64,000 nt of DNA from a virus: IMG/VR virus record IMGVR_UViG_3300020204_000005; one strand, given 5' to 3'. The notes under the pieces were generated by a model that did not search any database, had not been told where the DNA came from, and was given only the letters and a program-made list of their open reading frames with translations. The translations under genes were made by a program, and so were the position numbers. Below are positions 59,558 through 64,000 of the stretch, in pieces (the stretch's first letter is position 1; every line of letters starts with the position of its first letter).

Positions 59558-60262
59558 ATGGGTAAGATAGACAGTAGAATTATTAACGAAATAAAAAGAT
59601 ATAGAGAAATAAACGGATATATCTTTGAACAAGACGCGGCATTACCACCGCCTCCGCCACCACCCGCAGACCCTGCGGCAGGAGGAATACCACCACCCCC
59701 ACCACCCACAGACCCTATGGCGGGAGGAGCACCACCACCTCCAGGAGGTGGCATGGCTGCGGGAGCACCACCACCACCTGCAGCACCTGTAGATGTTGCA
59801 AATGACCCTGATGTTGAAAAACTTGGAGACAAGGGTGAAGAAGGTAAAAAAGGTAAAGAGATTGAAATTACGGATTTAGTTAAAACACAAAAAAATGTTG
59901 AGACTAAACAAGAAGAATATTTTAATAATTTATTTAAACATTTAACAGATTTAGAATCCAAACTTTCAGATATGGATAACATCATGAATAAGTTAAATGA
60001 TTTAGAAACAAAAATTGAAAAAATAAGACCTAAAACACCTGAAGAAAAACTTGAATTAAGAAGTTTAGATTCAGGACCATACAATCAAAAACTTAGCGAC
60101 TTTTTTGAAGATAAGATGGATGATATGGAAAAATCAGGTAAAAATGAATATGTTTTAACTCAAGACGATGTTGAAAATTATTCATCAGGAGATATTAAAA
60201 AAAGTTTTAGAGACTTTGGTTCTGATACACCTGAACCAGACGCTTTTATACAAGTGAGATAA
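59558..60262 (+). CDS. poly-Pro linker / coiled-coil protein, possibly head-internal or scaffold-like
   Basis: PPPPPPP/GGG tract after IFEQD; heptad-like LTDLESKLSDMDNIMNKLNDLETKIEK. Confidence 0.65.
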   Translation: MGKIDSRIINEIKRYREINGYIFEQDAALPPPPPPPADPAAGGIPPPPPPTDPMAGGAPPPPGGGMAAGAPPPPAAPVDVANDPDVEKLGDKGEEGKKGKEIEITDLVKTQKNVETKQEEYFNNLFKHLTDLESKLSDMDNIMNKLNDLETKIEKIRPKTPEEKLELRSLDSGPYNQKLSDFFEDKMDDMEKSGKNEYVLTQDDVENYSSGDIKKSFRDFGSDTPEPDAFIQVR

Positions 60263-60293
60263 ATTTAAGGTCGATTATTTCGACCTTAAATTT
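60261..60293 (+). terminator. perfect 14-bp inverted repeat, probable terminator
   Basis: aaatttaaggtcga-ttatt-tcgaccttaaattt at the boundary of structural and replication genes. Confidence 0.75.
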
Positions 60294-60296
60294 TAT

Positions 60297-60325
60297 TTGA
60301 CAAAACCACGGCTGACACTTATACT
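60297..60325 (+). promoter_or_regulatory. host-type promoter upstream of SSB
   Basis: TTGACA-17nt-TATACT; also TTTG-20nt-TAtaCTTG, one mismatch from the Bacteroidota -33/-7 consensus. Confidence 0.7.
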
Positions 60326-60356
60326 TGTAATAAATAATAAATAAATATAATCAATT

Positions 60357-61214
60357 ATGGCGACAAACAGTTTAGACGCAGTACTTGCACAGTACGAAAA
60401 ATCACAACAAGGTAATCAATCCTCTACCTTAAAAATGTCTCAAGACGAAAGGATGAAAAAATACTTTGCGGCAATCCTCAAAGACAACGAAAAACAAGGT
60501 CAGAAAAGACTAAGAATCCTCCCAACCAATGATGGTTCATCACCCTTTAAAGAAGTTTGGTTCCACGAAATCCAAGTGGATGGTAAATGGCAAAAATTCT
60601 ATGACCCAGGAAAGAATGATAATGAACGTTCACCACTTACTGAAGTGTACGAAGAGTTAATTTCTACAGGGAAAGAGAGTGATAAGAAATTGGCAACAAC
60701 TTACAAACCTCGTAAGTTTTATATTGTTAAAGTTGTCGACCGAGATAACGAACAAGACGGTGTTAAATTTTGGAGATTTAAACACAACTACAAGAATGAA
60801 GGTATTCTTGACAAAATCATACCTATTTGGAGAGCAAAAGGAGATATCACAGATGCTGAAAAAGGTCGAGACATTATCCTTGAGTTAACTAAAGCTAAGA
60901 CTCCAACAGGAGCGGTATATACCGTAATCCAAACAGTGATGTATGATGACCCAACACCAATCCATGAGGATAAAGAAACTGCAGATTCTTGGGTTAATGA
61001 TGAGTTGACTTGGGAGGATGTTTATTCTAAAAAACCTGTAGAATATCTTGAAGCTATTGCTCGTGGTGAAACTCCTAAATGGGATAGTGAAAAAGGTGGA
61101 TATGTTTACGGGGATTCATCAGAAGCGGAAATGAGTATTGGGGGTAGTTCAGAAACTCCTAAGTATGAAGACCCACAAGCAGATGATGAAGTGGATGAAG
61201 AGTTACCATTTTAA
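60357..61214 (+). CDS. single-stranded DNA-binding protein (T4 gp32-like)
   Basis: RLRILP, RKFYIVKVVDR, DITDAEKGRDI; acidic tail DDEVDEELPF. Confidence 0.85.
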   Translation: MATNSLDAVLAQYEKSQQGNQSSTLKMSQDERMKKYFAAILKDNEKQGQKRLRILPTNDGSSPFKEVWFHEIQVDGKWQKFYDPGKNDNERSPLTEVYEELISTGKESDKKLATTYKPRKFYIVKVVDRDNEQDGVKFWRFKHNYKNEGILDKIIPIWRAKGDITDAEKGRDIILELTKAKTPTGAVYTVIQTVMYDDPTPIHEDKETADSWVNDELTWEDVYSKKPVEYLEAIARGETPKWDSEKGGYVYGDSSEAEMSIGGSSETPKYEDPQADDEVDEELPF

Positions 61215-61229
61215 TTAAAATAAAATATA

Positions 61230-61264
61230 AAAGCATGGACATTACGTCCATGCTTTCTTATTTT
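61230..61264 (+). terminator. intrinsic terminator after SSB
   Basis: aaagcatggac-attac-gtccatgcttt followed by cttatttttt. Confidence 0.75.
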
Positions 61265-61280
61265 TAAAGTAAAAATTATA

Positions 61281-61505
61281 ATGGAAAAAGAAAACAAAAT
61301 CACACAAAAAATGTATGAAGCTTTATGTAAAAAATATGAAGCCGAAGTAGCGGATTCCGAAACTTCATTACTTATCTATTTCACAAATTCAGTAGGGATT
61401 GGAGAACACCCACAACATATTGAGGAAATGGATAAATTAGTTGAGAAAATTGCAAACGCTAAAGACAAATTAGAAACAATTAAAGAATTTTATAAATACA
61501 ATTAA
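61281..61505 (+). CDS. small helical hypothetical protein
   Basis: VGIGEHP...EEMDKLVEKIANAKDKLE; resembles a small protein common in T4-like phages (recollection only). Confidence 0.6.
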   Translation: MEKENKITQKMYEALCKKYEAEVADSETSLLIYFTNSVGIGEHPQHIEEMDKLVEKIANAKDKLETIKEFYKYN

Positions 61506-61507
61506 TT

Positions 61508-62515
61508 ATGGCAATTAAGAAAAATGACTTTAGCTCTATAAAGAAAAAGTTTTCGTCTGATGCAAAATATAAACCACAGAGGTTTTTTGATTTAGGACCT
61601 GATTTTTTAGATGCCGTTGGATTACCAGGACCTGCGATAGGTCATTTGAACATGTTCTTAGGACACTCTGACACAGGTAAAACTACTGCACTTATTAAAA
61701 CTGCCCTAGATGCTCAAAAGAAAGGAATCTTACCTGTATTCATTATTACAGAACAGAAATGGTCTTTTGAACACTCAAAATTAATGGGGTTTGAATGTGA
61801 AGAAGTTGTTGATGAAGAAACAGGTGAATTAACTTGGGACGGATTTTTCCTATTCAATAATAACTTTGACTATATTGAGCAAATTACTGATTACATAAAT
61901 AGTTTATTAGATGCACAAGAAAAAGGGGAGTTAGATTACTCACTTTGTATTATGTGGGACTCTGTAGGTTCAGTACCATGTAAAATGACTTATGAAGGTA
62001 AAGGTGGTAAACAACATAATGCGAGTACTTTGGCGGATAAAATTGGAATGGGGATTAATCAACGTATTTCAGGTTCTCGTAAGGCGGATTCTAAATATGA
62101 AAACACTTTGATTATCGTTAACCAACCTTGGGTAGAATTACCCGATAATCCTTTTGGGCAACCAAAAATTAAAGCTAAAGGTGGCGAAGCGATTTGGTTA
62201 AACTCTTCTTTGGTATTTTTATTCGGTAATCAAAAAGGTGCGGGAACGACAAAAATTACCGCAACTAAAGATAAAAGAACTGTTAAATTTGCATCGAGAA
62301 CTAAAGTGTCTGTATTGAAAAACCACATCAACGGACTTGGATTTGAAGACGGTAAAATTATAGTAACACCTCATGGATTTTTACCTGGTAAAGATTCTAC
62401 AGAAGAAAAAAGTTCTATTGAACAGTATAAAAAAGAATATGCTGATTATTGGAAAGAAATTATCGGAGTCGAAGGAGATTTTGATTTGAAAACAGAAAAA
62501 GAAGAAGTTGAGTAA
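61508..62515 (+). CDS. uvsX: RecA/UvsX-like recombinase
   Basis: Walker A GHSDTGKTT, MWDSVG, IIVNQ, KGGEAI, adjacent to SSB. Confidence 0.88.
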   Translation: MAIKKNDFSSIKKKFSSDAKYKPQRFFDLGPDFLDAVGLPGPAIGHLNMFLGHSDTGKTTALIKTALDAQKKGILPVFIITEQKWSFEHSKLMGFECEEVVDEETGELTWDGFFLFNNNFDYIEQITDYINSLLDAQEKGELDYSLCIMWDSVGSVPCKMTYEGKGGKQHNASTLADKIGMGINQRISGSRKADSKYENTLIIVNQPWVELPDNPFGQPKIKAKGGEAIWLNSSLVFLFGNQKGAGTTKITATKDKRTVKFASRTKVSVLKNHINGLGFEDGKIIVTPHGFLPGKDSTEEKSSIEQYKKEYADYWKEIIGVEGDFDLKTEKEEVE

Positions 62516-62533
62516 CAATTTAATTTAAAATTA

Positions 62534-63541
62534 ATGACTAAGACTTTATTGGTCGATGGTAATAACCTAATCAAAATAGGATTTCACGGTGTCAAAGACT
62601 ATTATCATGAAGGTAAACATATTGGAGGAATTTGGCATTTCTTAAATACATTACGCAAATTTATTGAAGAGTTTAACTACGATAAAGTAGTTGTTTTTTG
62701 GGACGGAGACGATAGCTCCGTCCATAGAAAACTCTTATATCCAAGATATAAAGAAAATAGAAATCAAGAATCTAATGAACATAAGGTAACATCTTTTAAT
62801 TACCAAAAAGATAGGGTAAAACAGTACCTTGAAGAACTATTCATTAGACAAATCAACATTGAAAATAACGAGGCGGATGATTTAATTGCGTATTACTGTA
62901 AAATTGCTCTTAATGAGAATATTACAATTTTTTCGGCTGATAGAGATTTAACACAATTAATTTGTGAAAATGTATCATTGTATTCACCTAATACAAAACA
63001 GACGTATAAACAAGGTGATAACATAAAATTACATGATATCGAAGTTCCCCACTCAAACGTAAAAACATGTAAAATATTAATGGGTGACAAATCAGATAAT
63101 ATTGATGGGATTTATTATTTGGGTGAAAAAACTTTAATTAAGTTATTCCCTGAGCTACTTGACAAACCACTATCAGTAACCGATATTTTAATAAAGGCTG
63201 AAGAGTTATTAAAAGGAGATAAAGATAACACGGTACTTAAGAATCTTTTAACAGGTAAAACAAAAACAGGAATTTACGGTAACGAATTTTTTGAAATTAA
63301 TGAGAAAATTGTCGACTTATCAACCCCACTTATTACCGATGAAGGTAAAGAAATCGTTGAATTATATTACTCAGAAACATTAGACCCTAATGGTAGAGGT
63401 CATAGGAATGTTATACGAATGATGATGGAGGATGGATTCTTTAAGTTCTTACCAAAAGGAGATAATAATTGGGTAAACTTCCTAACCCCATTTTTAAAAT
63501 TAACAAGAAAAGAAAAAAAAAAATTTAAAACAAATAAATAA
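62534..63541 (+). CDS. 5'-3' exonuclease / flap endonuclease (T4 RNase H / Pol I N-domain-like)
   Basis: LLVDGNN, VFWDG, YKENR, EADDLIA, SADRDLTQL, GDKSDNIDGI..LGEKT. Confidence 0.92.
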   Translation: MTKTLLVDGNNLIKIGFHGVKDYYHEGKHIGGIWHFLNTLRKFIEEFNYDKVVVFWDGDDSSVHRKLLYPRYKENRNQESNEHKVTSFNYQKDRVKQYLEELFIRQINIENNEADDLIAYYCKIALNENITIFSADRDLTQLICENVSLYSPNTKQTYKQGDNIKLHDIEVPHSNVKTCKILMGDKSDNIDGIYYLGEKTLIKLFPELLDKPLSVTDILIKAEELLKGDKDNTVLKNLLTGKTKTGIYGNEFFEINEKIVDLSTPLITDEGKEIVELYYSETLDPNGRGHRNVIRMMMEDGFFKFLPKGDNNWVNFLTPFLKLTRKEKKKFKTNK

Positions 63542-63548
63542 AGTGAAT

Positions 63549-64000
63549 ATGAAAGACCAAGAAACAACAAAGCTAGAATTTTTGATGATGGTAAATGGTA
63601 ACATCATTGTCCAAAGATTTTTTAATGTTAGGAACTTTAATCCCCTTGCTAAAAATTCGTTAAATCTTTACGAATATCTTTCCGATTTTAAAGACGTATT
63701 GGAGAGAGAATTAAAGATTAAAACTGTCACATATATGTTGGATAATACGTATGAAATTATAAACAATCCAAACGTACTTGAAACATCAAATACTGAAGGT
63801 CCTGAAAATTTTAACATTTTTATTAAGTCGGGTGACACGACAATTTGTCATAGACAATTTGATGCTAAAGTGTTCCCACCAAAAATAAGATACACCGTAG
63901 ATATACGTCCGCACATAAAAAGTGTACTTTCGGCTTTAACTGACATTTTTTCATCTAAAAAATTAACTTATGACTATATTGGAATTAGTCTAAAGGGGTA
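63549..64000 (+). CDS. hypothetical protein, truncated by window edge
   Basis: Not in track; ATG at 63549, MKDQETTKLEFLMMVNGNIIVQRFFNVRNFNP..., open to the end. Confidence 0.6.
   Translation, partial: MKDQETTKLEFLMMVNGNIIVQRFFNVRNFNPLAKNSLNLYEYLSDFKDVLERELKIKTVTYMLDNTYEIINNPNVLETSNTEGPENFNIFIKSGDTTICHRQFDAKVFPPKIRYTVDIRPHIKSVLSALTDIFSSKKLTYDYIGISLKG

Noticed and set aside
59542-60084. 180-aa antisense ORF and other antisense ORFs within 39371-58730
   Set aside because: Fully overlap well-supported plus-strand genes; low complexity or no motifs
1-64000. Stop-codon reassignment as in some jumbo phages
   Set aside because: Very long ORFs and near-complete coding density under the standard code; no fragmented conserved genes seen
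1-64000. tRNA, rRNA or transposable elements
   Set aside because: Intergenic gaps are short and AT-rich; no cloverleaf, rRNA-like, transposase or integrase signatures recognised

Overview
A 64-kb, AT-rich, gene-dense segment of a large (jumbo-type) myovirus genome with T4-like tail architecture, read in the standard genetic code; both ends are truncated mid-gene. Order: (1) 1-10618, minus strand: glycosyltransferases/methyltransferase mixed with PhoH, dUTPase, a stand-alone PolB-type 3'-5' exonuclease, a stand-alone WYL protein and small unknowns. (2) 10670-28303, plus strand: Cys-rich and Thr/Pro-rich (mucin-like) putative virion proteins, including a 1596-aa TPT-repeat giant and a protein ending in a papain-like protease. 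These flank a five-gene block that starts with a GT60-like polypeptide GlcNAc-transferase and continues with further glycosyltransferase and methyltransferase genes, two of them multi-domain fusions. (3) Family B DNA polymerase. (4) Neck genes, a Mn-SOD fusion and an SNF2 helicase. (5) Tail terminator, sheath, tube, chaperone with a probable +1 frameshift, tape measure, baseplate/hub. (6) gp32-like SSB, RecA/UvsX and a 5'-3' exonuclease. The best candidate for a new system is a phage-encoded mucin-type O-glycosylation pathway that decorates Thr/Pro tracts on its own virion proteins. All family assignments come from motif recognition by eye, not database searches. The missing Shine-Dalgarno motifs hint at a Bacteroidota host (inference). 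No tRNA, rRNA, CRISPR array, transposase or intein was recognised.
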